Part shown: piece after piece, positions 12,500 to 22,588 of the stretch
Layout: every line of letters starts with the position of its first letter
Numbering within the stretch: position 1 is the stretch's first letter
Source of the DNA: Alphaproteobacteria bacterium
GTDB taxonomy: Bacteria; Pseudomonadota; Alphaproteobacteria; GCA-2731375
Reading direction: 5' to 3'
Assembly (NCBI GenBank): GCA_965232515.1
Contig: CBDDPY010000002.1
Coordinates: forward strand, 928,001 to 992,000
DNA: 64,000 nucleotides
Made by a program: the position numbers and the translations under genes
Notes under the pieces: generated by a model
The model's input: only the letters and a program-made list of their open reading frames with translations
Database searches by the model: none
What the model was told of the DNA's origin: nothing

Positions 12500-13066
12500 A
12501 TGATGGTTTTTGGCAACTGGTTCAAGCGAAACAAGAATTGGCGTGAAGAAGCGCACGCCCTATATCTGCAGGTGGTCGAGCAGGCGCGGACGCCGGCCTT
12601 CTACACCGACTTCGGCGTGGCGGACACCGTCGATGGCCGTTTCGACATGGTGACGCTGCACATGTTCCTGCTGCAGCACCGATTGAAGCACGAGGCCGCG
12701 CCGGCGGCGGAACTGGCCGAGGCGCTGATGACCGTAATGGCGAGCGACATGGACCGGTCGTTGCGTGAAATGGGCGTCGGCGACTACAGCGTCGGCAAGC
12801 GCCTGAAGCAGATGATGGGCGCGTTCTATGGCCGCGCCGCCGCTTATGAAAACGGCCTTGAAGCGGGCGGTGCCGAGCTGACGATGGCGGTTTCTAGGAA
12901 TGTGTTCCGGGAAGCCGGGCCGGCCAGCGATGCCTGCCGCGGTCTGGCGACCTATATCCGTGAACAGGCCGACCAGCTCGCCAGTCAGCAGGCCGACCGG
13001 CTGCTGGCCGGCGAGGTCCGGTTTACGCCGCCGCCGACCCCAGAGTTAGCGGAGGAAATCCGTTGA
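12500..13066 (+). CDS. Ubiquinol-cytochrome c chaperone (Cbp3-like)
   Basis: QARTPAFY..GVADTVDGRFDM, MDRSLREMGVGD..VGKR, AFYGR..AY; divergent from bamE as is usual in alphaproteobacteria. Confidence 0.9.
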   Translation: MMVFGNWFKRNKNWREEAHALYLQVVEQARTPAFYTDFGVADTVDGRFDMVTLHMFLLQHRLKHEAAPAAELAEALMTVMASDMDRSLREMGVGDYSVGKRLKQMMGAFYGRAAAYENGLEAGGAELTMAVSRNVFREAGPASDACRGLATYIREQADQLASQQADRLLAGEVRFTPPPTPELAEEIR

Positions 13067-13091
13067 CCGGACAAGGGCATAGGCCTATTTT
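13063..13091 (+). promoter_or_regulatory. Putative sigma70 promoter for yceD-rpmF-plsX-fabH
   Basis: TTGACC-N17-TATTTT followed by a GC-rich discriminator. Confidence 0.5.
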
Positions 13092-13154
13092 GCGCGCCGC
13101 CTGGATCGGGGCGGGACGGTTAACGCCGTTATTCACCGATTGGAGTGACTTGTC

Positions 13155-13700
13155 GTGAGCACAACGCTCGCAACACCCGAGTTCAGCAGAACCGTCTCGA
13201 TTGACGAATTGAGCACCGGAGAGCTGCAGCGGCATCTGTCGGCGAGCCAACAGGAGTTGGCGGCGTTGGCGGAGCGATTCGGCTTGGCCGCCCTGACGGG
13301 GTTGGAGGCGGATATCCGGTTGCGGGCCGAGGAACAGGGCAAAATCCGCGTTAAAGTGACATTCACCGCCGATGTGTTACAGTCCTGTGTCGTGACACTG
13401 GAGCCTGTTTCGGCCCGCTTAAACGAGGAATTCGAAGTGGTCTTCGCGCCCGAGACAGGCGACGACGGGCTCGATCACGACGAAATCGTGATTGACGTTA
13501 CGGAGGCTGATCCCCCCGAACCGCTGATCGGCGACAGCGTCGATGTCGGCGAATTGGTGGCGCAGCACCTGGCGCTGGCGATCGACCCGTATCCCCGCAA
13601 AGCCGGCGTCGACTGGCGCCCGGACGAGACGGCCGATGGTGACGGCCATCGTGAAAGTCCGTTCGCCGTCCTGTCCGGTTTGAAGAAGCAGAAGGTCTGA
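13155..13700 (+). CDS. YceD/DUF177 family protein
   Basis: ALAERFGL, QSCVVTLEPV, LALAIDPYPRK, SPFAVL; upstream of rpmF. Confidence 0.9.
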   Translation: MSTTLATPEFSRTVSIDELSTGELQRHLSASQQELAALAERFGLAALTGLEADIRLRAEEQGKIRVKVTFTADVLQSCVVTLEPVSARLNEEFEVVFAPETGDDGLDHDEIVIDVTEADPPEPLIGDSVDVGELVAQHLALAIDPYPRKAGVDWRPDETADGDGHRESPFAVLSGLKKQKV

Positions 13701-13764
13701 CAACGCATCGGCGGTTCCGGCCCATGCCGGCCGGCCCAGATGGAATTGGTGAGAGATAGGAATA

Positions 13765-13950
13765 ATGGCTGTACCCAAGAAGAAAGTATCGCGCTCGCGG
13801 CGAAATCAGCGGCGCTCGCACGACGCCCTGAAGTCGAACGCCTACGTCGAGTGCGACAATTGCGGCGAACTGCACCGGCCGCACCACGTCTGCCCGGCTT
13901 GCGGCTATTACAGCGGCAGGGAAGTGGTGGAGCCGCAGGGCGCGGTCTGA
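13765..13950 (+). CDS. rpmF: 50S ribosomal protein L32 (Zn-ribbon C+ form)
   Basis: [19 protein letters not shown]; CxxC...CxxC. Confidence 0.98.
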   Translation: MAVPKKKVSRSRRNQRRSHDALKSNAYVECDNCGELHRPHHVCPACGYYSGREVVEPQGAV

Positions 13951-13974
13951 CGACGTCGCGCCGGAGCTGCCGGT

Positions 13975-15024
13975 TTGGGTGAACCTGTCACGATAGCGCT
14001 CGACGCCATGGGCGGCGACAACGCGCCGCGCATCGTCGTCCGTGGCGCCGATATCGCGCGTGAACGCCATCCCGATGCGCGTTTCCTGTTCTTTGGTGAC
14101 GAGGGGCAAATCGAGCCGCTGTTGAAGCGCAGCCGGCGTCTGCAGGATGCGGCAGAGATCCACCATACCGACGAGATGGTCGCGGCTGACGACAAGCCCA
14201 GCCAGGCACTGCGCCGCGGCCGGCGCAGCTCCATGCGACTGGCCATCAACGCGGTCGCCGAAGGCGCCGCGGCCGGCGCCGTCTCGGCCGGCAATACCGG
14301 CGCGCTGATGGCCATGTCGAAGGTCGTGCTGAAGACGCTGCCCGGCATCGACCGGCCGGCAATCGCCAGTTTCTTTCCGACCCTGCGCGGCGAAAGCGTC
14401 ATGCTGGACCTGGGCGCCAATGTCGAGTGCGACGCCAACAATCTGGTGCAGTTCGCGGTCATGGGCGCCGCCTTCGCCCGCACCGTGCTGGGCGTGCAGA
14501 CGCCGACCGTCGGCCTACTCAATGTCGGCGAGGAGGACTTGAAGGGCAACGACACGGTCAAGCTTGCGGCCCAGCTGTTACGCGACACATCCCTGCCGCT
14601 GGCCTTCGAGGGCTTTATCGAGGGCGACGACATCGCCGGCGGCGCCACGGACGTGATCGTCACCGACGGCTTTACCGGCAATGTCGCGCTGAAGACCGCG
14701 GAAGGCACGGCCAAGCTCTATTCCTCCTTCCTGCGCAGCGCGTTCCAGAAATCGCTGATGTCGCGCCTGGGCTATCTGCTGGCCAAGGGCGCCATGGCGA
14801 CGCTGCGCGAGCGGGTCGATCCGCGGCACTACAACGGCGGCGTCTTCCTGGGCCTGAACGGCGTCAGCGTGAAGAGCCATGGCGGCACCGACGGGATCGG
14901 CTTCGCCACCGCGATCGGCCTGGCGATCGACATGGCGGCCGATAATCTGACAGGCAGAATTACCCAAGATTTCAAACGCTTCGGGAGTTTTGATGAACCC
15001 CAAGCGCAAGCAGCGGTGTCCTAA
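13975..15024 (+). CDS. plsX: Phosphate acyltransferase PlsX
   Basis: [40 protein letters not shown]. Confidence 0.97.
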   Translation: MGEPVTIALDAMGGDNAPRIVVRGADIARERHPDARFLFFGDEGQIEPLLKRSRRLQDAAEIHHTDEMVAADDKPSQALRRGRRSSMRLAINAVAEGAAAGAVSAGNTGALMAMSKVVLKTLPGIDRPAIASFFPTLRGESVMLDLGANVECDANNLVQFAVMGAAFARTVLGVQTPTVGLLNVGEEDLKGNDTVKLAAQLLRDTSLPLAFEGFIEGDDIAGGATDVIVTDGFTGNVALKTAEGTAKLYSSFLRSAFQKSLMSRLGYLLAKGAMATLRERVDPRHYNGGVFLGLNGVSVKSHGGTDGIGFATAIGLAIDMAADNLTGRITQDFKRFGSFDEPQAQAAVS

Positions 15025-15025
15025 G

Positions 15026-15997
15026 ATGTTTCGTTCGGTCATAACCGGCTGTGGCGCTTACCTGCCGGCCCATTGCGTCACCAACGACGAGCTGGCCGAA
15101 CGGGTCGATACCAGCGACGAGTGGATTGTCGAACGCACCGGCATCCGCAAACGCCACATCGCCGCGGAAGGCGAACTGACCTCGGATCTGGCCCAGACGG
15201 CGGCCGAACGCGCGCTCGCCAGCGCCGGCATTCCGGCCCAGGACGTCGATCTGATCGTGCTGGCGACATCGACGCCGGACGAGACCTTTCCTGCGACCGC
15301 CACCACCGTCCAGGCCCGGCTCGGCATTGCCGGCGGACCGGCGTTCGATGTCCAGGCGGTGTGCTCGGGCTTCGTCTATGCGCTGGCCGTCGCCGACAAT
15401 TTCGTCCGCGCCGGCCAGTCGAAGACGGCGCTGGTGATCGGCGCCGAGACGTTCAGCCGCATTCTCGATTGGGAAGATCGCACGACCTGCGTGCTGTTCG
15501 GCGATGGCGCCGGCGCCGTGGTTCTGCGGGCCGAGAACGGCGCCGCCACCAACGGTGCCCGCGGCATCCTGTCGACCCATCTGCATGCCGACGGCCGCCA
15601 GCATGACATGCTCTATGTCGACGGCGGCCCGTCCTCGACCCAGACGACGGGCTACCTGCGCATGAAGGGCAGGGAAGTGTTCCGCCATGCGGTCGTCAAT
15701 CTCGCCCAGGTCACCACCGAAGCGCTGGCCCAGAATGGGCTGGAGGCGAACGATGTCGATTGGCTGGTGCCGCACCAGGCGAACCGGCGAATCATCGATC
15801 ACACGGCCCGAAAGCTGGGACTGGCGCCGGAAAAGGTGGTCCTGACTGTCGAGCAGCATGGCAACACATCGGCTGCCTCGGTGCCTCTGGCCCTCGATCA
15901 GGCCATTTCGGATGGTCGAATCAAACAGGGCGATATCGTCCTGATGGAGGCCATGGGCGGTGGATTTACCTGGGGTGCGGCGCTCGCACGCTGGTAA
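15026..15997 (+). CDS. fabH: 3-oxoacyl-ACP synthase III
   Basis: [38 protein letters not shown]. Confidence 0.97.
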   Translation: MFRSVITGCGAYLPAHCVTNDELAERVDTSDEWIVERTGIRKRHIAAEGELTSDLAQTAAERALASAGIPAQDVDLIVLATSTPDETFPATATTVQARLGIAGGPAFDVQAVCSGFVYALAVADNFVRAGQSKTALVIGAETFSRILDWEDRTTCVLFGDGAGAVVLRAENGAATNGARGILSTHLHADGRQHDMLYVDGGPSSTQTTGYLRMKGREVFRHAVVNLAQVTTEALAQNGLEANDVDWLVPHQANRRIIDHTARKLGLAPEKVVLTVEQHGNTSAASVPLALDQAISDGRIKQGDIVLMEAMGGGFTWGAALARW

Positions 15998-16052
15998 ACC
16001 TGCCCCAAGTTTGCTCCAATTAACTTAAACTCCGCGCCGCATCCCTTTGATA

Positions 16053-16081
16053 TTGACGGACTTCTCCGTCGGCGTTACCGT
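16053..16081 (+). promoter_or_regulatory. Putative sigma70 promoter of ihfA
   Basis: TTGACG-N17-TACCGT. Confidence 0.45.
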
Positions 16082-16107
16082 TCGGCGATTGTTCAAGCGG
16101 AGGTCCC

Positions 16108-16422
16108 ATGACCGGATCGACGGTCACCAGAGCGCAATTGAGTGAGGCGGTCTACCAGGAGGTAGGCCTCTCGAGAAACGAATCGGCACAATTGGTGGAG
16201 ATGGTTCTGAAGGAAATCGCCGACCGTCTGGTCGATGGCGATTCCGTGAAGATCTCCTCGTTCGGCAGCTTCTCCGTGCGTCAGAAGGGCGGGCGGGTCG
16301 GCCGGAACCCCAAGACCGGCGAGGAGGTGCCGATCGCGCCCCGCCGTGTGCTGGTGTTCCGCCCCAGCCACGTGCTGAAGGAAGAAATCAACGGCCGCCT
16401 GTCGCCGCAAGAAAGCGTTTAA
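16108..16422 (+). CDS. ihfA: Integration host factor subunit alpha
   Basis: [53 protein letters not shown]. Confidence 0.97.
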   Translation: MTGSTVTRAQLSEAVYQEVGLSRNESAQLVEMVLKEIADRLVDGDSVKISSFGSFSVRQKGGRVGRNPKTGEEVPIAPRRVLVFRPSHVLKEEINGRLSPQESV

Positions 16423-16425
16423 CGC

Positions 16426-16902
16426 ATGGCCAACGCTGGTGAAGGAGAGGACACCGGCCGGCGCCTACGCAAATCGCCGGATGCTTTCCGTACGATCAGC
16501 GAGGTCGCGAGCGAACTGGACGTCCCGCAGCACGTGTTGCGGTTCTGGGAAAGCAAGTTCAGCCAGATCAAGCCGCTGAAGCGGGGCGGCGGCCGCCGGT
16601 ATTACCGGCCCGAGGACGTCGACCTGCTGCGCGGCATCCGGCATCTCCTCTACACCGACGGCTACACCATCAAGGGCGTGCAGAAGCTGCTGCGCGAGAA
16701 GGGCGCCAAGGCGATCGTCGACTCGGGTCGCCAGCTGTCGGCCGATCCCCAGGCGAAACCCGTCGTCGGCGCCGCCCCGCCGCCGGTCGAGACGGGCGCT
16801 GCGCCGGCCGCCGGCCTGAACGATGCCCAGCGCCGCAAGCTCGACGCCGCCATCGACGAACTGACCAGCCTCCAGCAACTGCTCAAGTCCGCGCTGGACT
16901 GA
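16426..16902 (+). CDS. MerR-family HTH regulator (ihfA-associated)
   Basis: [44 protein letters not shown]. Confidence 0.93.
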   Translation: MANAGEGEDTGRRLRKSPDAFRTISEVASELDVPQHVLRFWESKFSQIKPLKRGGGRRYYRPEDVDLLRGIRHLLYTDGYTIKGVQKLLREKGAKAIVDSGRQLSADPQAKPVVGAAPPPVETGAAPAAGLNDAQRRKLDAAIDELTSLQQLLKSALD

Positions 16903-16909
16903 AGGCGCG

Positions 16910-16938
16910 TTGCCGCTGCCGCCGCCGGTCGCTATAGT
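16910..16938 (+). promoter_or_regulatory. sigma70 promoter of tRNA-Pro
   Basis: TTGCCG-N17-TATAGT with GC discriminator, 12 nt upstream of the tRNA. Confidence 0.6.
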
Positions 16939-16950
16939 GCGCCGGTTCGA

Positions 16951-17027
16951 CGGAGCGTAGCGCAGCCTGGTAGCGCATCACACTGGGGGTGTGGGGGTCG
17001 CCGGTTCGAATCCGGCCGCTCCGACCA
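16951..17027 (+). tRNA. tRNA-Pro(GGG)
   Basis: CGGAGCG acceptor stem, GCGC D-stem, anticodon loop CTGGGGG, GGTTCGAATCC T-arm, encoded CCA; 77 nt. Confidence 0.97.
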
Positions 17028-17034
17028 ACTGACG

Positions 17035-17071
17035 AACAAGGGGTTAGTCACCGCTGGCTAACCCCTTGTTT
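17035..17071. terminator. Long hairpin downstream of tRNA-Pro, overlapping the kinase stop codon (probably bidirectional)
   Basis: AACAAGGGGTTAG...CTAACCCCTTGTT inverted repeat. Confidence 0.65.
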
Positions 17072-19061
17072 GTGTCGGTGCGCGGCTTTCGTCAACGACA
17101 ACGCGATGCGCCGGCAGACGCACCGACACGCTCGTGCCAACGCCGATATCGCTCTCGATTTCCAGACTGCCGCCATGCAACTCAGTCAGCGATTTGCTCA
17201 ACGGCAAGCCTAACCCTGTGCCTTCGTACCGTCTGCTGAGCGTCTGATCCAATTGCGAAAACGGCGTCAGTGCACGCACGATATCGTCTTCGGCCATGCC
17301 GATCCCGGTATCGCGAACCCGCATCCGCATGGCGCCATCAACCTCACACTCGGCTTCCAATGTTACCTGCCCGCCGGTTTCGGTGAACTTGATGGCATTG
17401 GCCAGGAGGTTCAGCAGGATCTGGCGCAGGGCGCGCGGGTCGGCCCGAACCCGTGGCAGTTCCGGCGTCATCTCTGACTTCAGGTCGATGCCGGCTCTCT
17501 CGGCCGAAAGGCCGACGATATCGAGGGAATCCTGCACGACGTCAGCCAAGTCGACGATTTCTTCGACCAGCTCGAACTGCCCTGCTTCGATTTTCGACAG
17601 ATCCAAGACGTCGTTGATGATGCCCAGCAGGTGCCTGCCGCTCTTGGCGATGTCGGCCGCATATTCCCGGTACTTCTCCACACTCAGATTGCCGGATCGA
17701 TCGGCTTCGATGATCTCGGCGAATCCGATGACGGCATTCAACGGCGTTCGAAGCTCATGGCTCATATTGGCCAAAAATGCCGACTTCGCCCTGTTTGCCG
17801 CCTCCGCCTGCTGGATCGCCGCCTGCAGGGCCTGCTCGCGCTGCTTCAATTCCGTGACATCGGGCGTCGTGATCAAGATACCGCCGTCATTGGTCCTTTC
17901 CTCGCGCACGAGGAGCCAACGCCCGCTGCGCAAAACTTCGAACGTGCTTGGCGGATTGCGATGTATCGCCATGCGTTCGGACAGCCATTTTTCCTCGCGA
18001 CCGACAGCGTGTGGCACGTCGCCCAGGCGCAGGCTTTCGCGCATATATGCCTCGAATGTTATGCCTGCCTGCAGCAGATCGGCTGCGGCCCCCGACTGCG
18101 CACGATAACGGCCGTTGCAGAACACCAGACGGTCGCTGGCGTCCCAATAGGCGATGCCCTCCGACAATCCTTCCAGCGCATTCAGAAAACGGGTCTGATT
18201 GCGCGACACCGTCTCCTGGGTCTCGATAATCTCGGTAATGTCGCTGCAGGAGCCGCGATAGCCCAGAAACTGTCCATCGGGATCGAAAAACGGTTTCCCG
18301 CTGGCGCTGATATGGCGCAGACGACCGCTCTTGTCCGCCACCACGTGACGAATGTCGCGAAACGGCCGATGGGCGTTCATTGCGTCGAGATGTTGTCGCC
18401 GGTTCGGCGCATCGGCCACTGGTTCCTGAAATTCGAACCACCCTTTGCCGATACGCGTTTCCGGCGCCAGCCCCAGCACGTCTTCGAACCGGCTCGATAC
18501 ATAGGTCAGCTTATGTCCGGCATCCGTTTCCCAGAACCAGTCGGCCGATGCTTCGGCGAAGTCTTGGAACCGCCGGTCCGATATCGCGAGCGCCGCTTCG
18601 GCCCGTTTCTGATCGGTAATATCCAGTAACAGGCCGTCCCAAACGGTGTCGCCGTTGGCCCGTCGGCGCGGGTGAGAATTGCCCAGGATCCAGTGCTCGC
18701 GGCCCTGGACGTCGATGATGCGGAATTCGAGCCGCCAGTGCGTCAGTTTCGCCGCTGACTCGCGCAACGATTCGCGAAACCGCGCGCGGTCATCGCGATG
18801 CAGCGTGTCCAACAACAACTGCGGCCGCGCCATGACCTGTTCGGGTTCGAGTCCATAGATCCGGCGGATCGTCGCACTGATGAAGGGATACTCGATCGTG
18901 CCGTCGGCACGCATGACCCGCTCATAGATGATGCCCGGGCTGTTTGCGGCGATGGCTTCGAGCCGACGCCAGCGAGCGTCGGTGACCATATCGATGTCGG
19001 CAGCCGGCTTCGAGGCCAATGTTATGTTCCCGGCCTGCAATCGTTGGTGCCAGGGTGCCAT
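17058..19061 (-). CDS. Cytoplasmic multi-PAS sensor histidine kinase (PleC/DivJ-like HisKA)
   Basis: Three PAS-like segments; KSAFLANMSHELRTPLNAVIGF H-box; NLLANAIKFT, DTGIGM, GTGLGL boxes; no TM helix and no adjacent response regulator. Confidence 0.92.
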   Translation of the reverse strand: MAPWHQRLQAGNITLASKPAADIDMVTDARWRRLEAIAANSPGIIYERVMRADGTIEYPFISATIRRIYGLEPEQVMARPQLLLDTLHRDDRARFRESLRESAAKLTHWRLEFRIIDVQGREHWILGNSHPRRRANGDTVWDGLLLDITDQKRAEAALAISDRRFQDFAEASADWFWETDAGHKLTYVSSRFEDVLGLAPETRIGKGWFEFQEPVADAPNRRQHLDAMNAHRPFRDIRHVVADKSGRLRHISASGKPFFDPDGQFLGYRGSCSDITEIIETQETVSRNQTRFLNALEGLSEGIAYWDASDRLVFCNGRYRAQSGAAADLLQAGITFEAYMRESLRLGDVPHAVGREEKWLSERMAIHRNPPSTFEVLRSGRWLLVREERTNDGGILITTPDVTELKQREQALQAAIQQAEAANRAKSAFLANMSHELRTPLNAVIGFAEIIEADRSGNLSVEKYREYAADIAKSGRHLLGIINDVLDLSKIEAGQFELVEEIVDLADVVQDSLDIVGLSAERAGIDLKSEMTPELPRVRADPRALRQILLNLLANAIKFTETGGQVTLEAECEVDGAMRMRVRDTGIGMAEDDIVRALTPFSQLDQTLSRRYEGTGLGLPLSKSLTELHGGSLEIESDIGVGTSVSVRLPAHRVVVDESRAPTQTRG

Positions 19062-19309
19062 TTCATGGTTAACGGATCACTGATGCAAGCAACGGATGAA
19101 ATGCGGACGTCGATGCATGTACGTTGCCTCTCCGTCTGCGACATATTGAGGCAGTTCCAGCCGGTCGCGGAGTTCGGCGCTTGACCTCTCGCGTCTCACG
19201 GAAGACTTAGATCGTTGTCATCCTTATGACCGGCGCCGGTCGTCTCGTATGTGGACTGGCAACATCGGATCAAGGTCCATTTCAGCGCTGAAGCAATGCA
19301 CGTAAGCAA

Positions 19310-19501
19310 ATGAAATACCTGACTTTTTTGCTGATCGCAGGTTCATTTACGCTAATCGGGGAGGGCTGCCATTTTCCCGGTCTGCGCGGTGACAGGCAAG
19401 GCGTGACCTTCGAGCGGCCTTGGGGCGAGCCCCGTGACGGCGCGGAAAAGGCGACGCCGACGGATAAAACCGGGTCGTCGGCGCCTGCCGATGAGGACTA
19501 G
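19310..19501 (+). CDS. Hypothetical small exported protein
   Basis: 63-aa ORF with MKY plus hydrophobic N-terminus ending at Cys20; stops 3 nt before ctaA; not recognised. Confidence 0.35.
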   Translation: MKYLTFLLIAGSFTLIGEGCHFPGLRGDRQGVTFERPWGEPRDGAEKATPTDKTGSSAPADED

Positions 19502-19504
19502 CGT

Positions 19505-20569
19505 ATGACGGTCGGAACGGCCGTTGGCGCCGGGCAGACCGTCGGCGCGAACCGCGCCATGGCGCTCTGGCTGCTGGTCGTGGCCGGACTCGTCTTCCTG
19601 ATGGTGATACTGGGCGGCGCCACGCGGCTGACCCAGTCCGGCCTGTCGATGGTGCATTGGCAGTTCGCCGGCGTGCTGCCGCCCATGGACGAGGCGCAGT
19701 GGATGGCTGAGTTCGAGCGCTACAAGCAGTTCCCCGAATACCAGAAGATCAATCGCGGCATGGCGCTTGCCGAGTTCAAGACGATCTACTGGTTCGAATA
19801 TTCGCATCGCATGCTGGGCCGCCTGATCGGCCTCGCCTTCGCGCTGCCCTTCGCCTGGTTCCTGATCCGGGGCCAGGTCAGCTGGCGCCTTGCGCCGAAG
19901 CTGACGGGCCTTTTCCTGCTTGGTGGAATGCAAGGCCTGGTCGGCTGGTGGATGGTGAAGAGCGGCCTGGTCGACCGGCCGGATGTCAGCCATTACCGCC
20001 TGACCGTGCATCTGGGCCTGGCCTTCGCCATTTTCGGCGCGCTCCTGTGGGTCGCGCTCGATCTCCTGAAGCCGGTTCGGCCCGACACCGCGCTTGCCCG
20101 ATCGCGGCTGAAGGGCTGGGCGATCTTGGTCGTGCTGATGGTCTTCGCGCAATCGCTGCTGGGCGGCTTGGTCGCCGGCCTCAACGCCGGTCTCGTCTAC
20201 AACACCTTTCCGTTGATGGACGGCATGCTGTTTCCGCCCGAGCTGTTCCAGGCCACGCCCTGGTGGCTGAACCTGCTCGAAAACCCGGTCACGCTGCAGT
20301 TCAACCATCGGGTCGGCGCCTTGGCCGTGACGATCGTGATCGTCGTGGTCTGGCTGTGGTCCCGGCGCGGCGGCTTCGGCCGCGGCACGCGGCTCGCCTT
20401 CGACGCGTTGCTGCTGGCGCTCATCGGCCAGGTCGTGCTCGGCGTGCTGACGCTCATTCACATGGTGCCGGTCGTGCTCGGCGTTGCGCATCAGGGCGGC
20501 GCGCTCGTCCTACTGGCCAGCAGCATCGTCGTCGCGCATCGGCTGACCCGTGGTAGAATGCCGGCATGA
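19505..20569 (+). CDS. ctaA: Heme A synthase (COX15/CtaA type 2)
   Basis: GGATRLTQSGLSM..W, EYSHRMLGR, GWWMVKSGL, VSHYRLTVHL, QFNHR, VAHQ. Confidence 0.95.
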   Translation: MTVGTAVGAGQTVGANRAMALWLLVVAGLVFLMVILGGATRLTQSGLSMVHWQFAGVLPPMDEAQWMAEFERYKQFPEYQKINRGMALAEFKTIYWFEYSHRMLGRLIGLAFALPFAWFLIRGQVSWRLAPKLTGLFLLGGMQGLVGWWMVKSGLVDRPDVSHYRLTVHLGLAFAIFGALLWVALDLLKPVRPDTALARSRLKGWAILVVLMVFAQSLLGGLVAGLNAGLVYNTFPLMDGMLFPPELFQATPWWLNLLENPVTLQFNHRVGALAVTIVIVVVWLWSRRGGFGRGTRLAFDALLLALIGQVVLGVLTLIHMVPVVLGVAHQGGALVLLASSIVVAHRLTRGRMPA

Positions 20570-20886
20570 GCGAACCGGTCCTGTTGTACGTCACCGCCGC
20601 CAACCGAACGGAGGCCGGCGAGATTTCCCGCGCGCTCGTCGAATCCGGCCTGGTCGCCTGCGCCAACATCATGCAGCCGCACACCGCGGTCTACCGCTGG
20701 GAAGGCGAGGTCAAGTCGGACAAGGAAGTCGCCATCATCATGAAGACCCGGCGGGACCTGGTGATTCACGCCAGCGAGCGCATCAAGGCGATGCATTCCT
20801 ATGACGTCCCCTGCGTCGTCGCGGTGCCGATCGTCGCCGGAAATCCCGACTTCCTGCAATGGATCGACAGCGAGACCGGTGAGTAA
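20566..20886 (+). CDS. cutA: Divalent-cation tolerance protein CutA
   Basis: LVACANI, YRWEG, HSYDVPC, FLQWI. Confidence 0.93.
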   Translation: MSEPVLLYVTAANRTEAGEISRALVESGLVACANIMQPHTAVYRWEGEVKSDKEVAIIMKTRRDLVIHASERIKAMHSYDVPCVVAVPIVAGNPDFLQWIDSETGE

Positions 20887-20972
20887 CGGGACGCTGGCCT
20901 TCGTCTGACGCATAACGGATCGCCCCGCCTGCGGCTATACTGCCGCCGCCTGCCAATCATCGGATCGAGCGT

Positions 20973-22184
20973 ATGAACGGGCTGTCAAACCGCCTCACCC
21001 TCGGCTTCGCCAGTCTGGCGCACACCTATTCGCACATGTTCGTGCTGTTCTACGCGACCGTGGTGCTGGTGCTGGAGCGCGAGTGGGGGCTGCCCTATGC
21101 ACAGCTCTTCGCGCTGTCGATCCCCGGCGCCATCCTGTTCGGGGCCTGCGCGCTGCCAGCGGGCTGGCTCGGCGACAAATGGTCGGCGTCCGGCATGATG
21201 GCCGTGTTCTTCCTCGGCACCGGCGCCGCCTCGATCTACACCGGCCTGACCGACAGCGCGCTCACGCTCGCCGTCGGCTTGTCGCTGATCGGCGTGTTCG
21301 CCTCGATCTATCATCCCGTCGGCATTCCGTGGCTGGTCAAGCATGCCGTCAACCGGGGTCGGGCGCTCGGCATCAATGGCGTGTTCGGCAGCGCCGGCAC
21401 GGCCGCCGCCGCGATCGTCGCCGGCGTGCTCGCCGAAGCCTTCGGCTGGCGCGCCGCCTTCATCGTGCCGGGCGTGATCTGCATCGCCACCGGCATCCTG
21501 TTCGTCATCGGCATCCGCGCCGGCCTGATCGTCGAGGGCGAGCAGGACGCGGCGCCGACACCGGCGCCAACCAGCGGCGACATGAAGCGGGCCTTCGCCA
21601 TGCTGGCCGTGACGGTCACCTGCACGGGCCTGATCTATCAGTCGACGTCCTACGCGCTACCGAAGATCTTCGACGAACGGCTTGCCGATTTCGTCGGCGA
21701 CTCGCTGATCGGCATCGGCGGTCTGGTCACGCTCTGTTATCTGGTGTCCGGCCTGACGCAGCTGATCGGCGGCGAGCTCGCCGATCGTTATTCACAAAAG
21801 GCCGTCTACGCCTGGACCCAGGTGCTGCAGGTGCCGCTTTACATCCTGGCCTTCGGCTTGATCCATCCGGCCCTGGTCGGCGCGGCCGTCGTAATGATCA
21901 GCCTCAACGTCATGGGCCAGCCGGCCGAGAACTCGTTGATGGCCCGCTACACGCCGCTGAAGTGGCGGGGCCGGGCCTTCGGCATCAAGTTTGTGCTGAC
22001 ATTGGGGGTCAGCGCCATCGGCGTCGCCATGATCCCGGTGATCCACGCCGCCGCCGGCAGTCTCGACATCCTGTTCCTGGCCCTGATGGTCTTTGCCGCC
22101 CTTGCGTTCGTCGCCGCGATCATGCTGCCAAGCGCCAAAACGACGCTCGCCAAATCCATCCCCGCACCGGCCGGCGACGACTGA
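20973..22184 (+). CDS. MFS transporter
   Basis: GWLGDKW motif A, ASIYHPVG, about 12 TM segments. Confidence 0.9.
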   Translation: MNGLSNRLTLGFASLAHTYSHMFVLFYATVVLVLEREWGLPYAQLFALSIPGAILFGACALPAGWLGDKWSASGMMAVFFLGTGAASIYTGLTDSALTLAVGLSLIGVFASIYHPVGIPWLVKHAVNRGRALGINGVFGSAGTAAAAIVAGVLAEAFGWRAAFIVPGVICIATGILFVIGIRAGLIVEGEQDAAPTPAPTSGDMKRAFAMLAVTVTCTGLIYQSTSYALPKIFDERLADFVGDSLIGIGGLVTLCYLVSGLTQLIGGELADRYSQKAVYAWTQVLQVPLYILAFGLIHPALVGAAVVMISLNVMGQPAENSLMARYTPLKWRGRAFGIKFVLTLGVSAIGVAMIPVIHAAAGSLDILFLALMVFAALAFVAAIMLPSAKTTLAKSIPAPAGDD

Positions 22185-22365
22185 CCCAAGACATCACGGC
22201 CGGGAATTTGAGAACAAAACGCGACAACACGCGCTTTTCGAGATATTGCCCGGAACAAAACATCAATTTGCGGGCAATTTCGGCGGGGCCAGACCGGCTT
22301 AACGTCTTTCGGGCATAATATCGGTCAACGCCAAGTCCGGACCAACTTCACGAAAGGTGACGGCG

Positions 22366-22584
22366 ATGAGCGAGATTCAGAGCCTGCATGGCACGACCGT
22401 TGCCGAGATTTTCGATTCCGGCCTGCAACGCCTCGACCAGATCGAGGCGGTCGCCATTTCGGTGCTGTGGAAGGACGGCACGGTGACGGCCGGCTGCTCG
22501 AACATGGACCTGTCGCAACTGGCGCTGCTCGTCCTGGCGCTGGACGAGCATCAGCGGCGGCAGTTCTCCTCGGAGGAGGCCTAG
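22366..22584 (+). CDS. Hypothetical protein (72 aa)
   Basis: GAAAGG RBS-like sequence upstream, typical GC3 codon use, occupies its own intergenic slot. Confidence 0.6.
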   Translation: MSEIQSLHGTTVAEIFDSGLQRLDQIEAVAISVLWKDGTVTAGCSNMDLSQLALLVLALDEHQRRQFSSEEA

Positions 22585-22588
22585 CCTA

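Noticed and set aside
16951-19500. Prophage or ICE integrated at tRNA-Pro
   Set aside because: No integrase, no phage genes and no repeated tRNA 3' end found by eye
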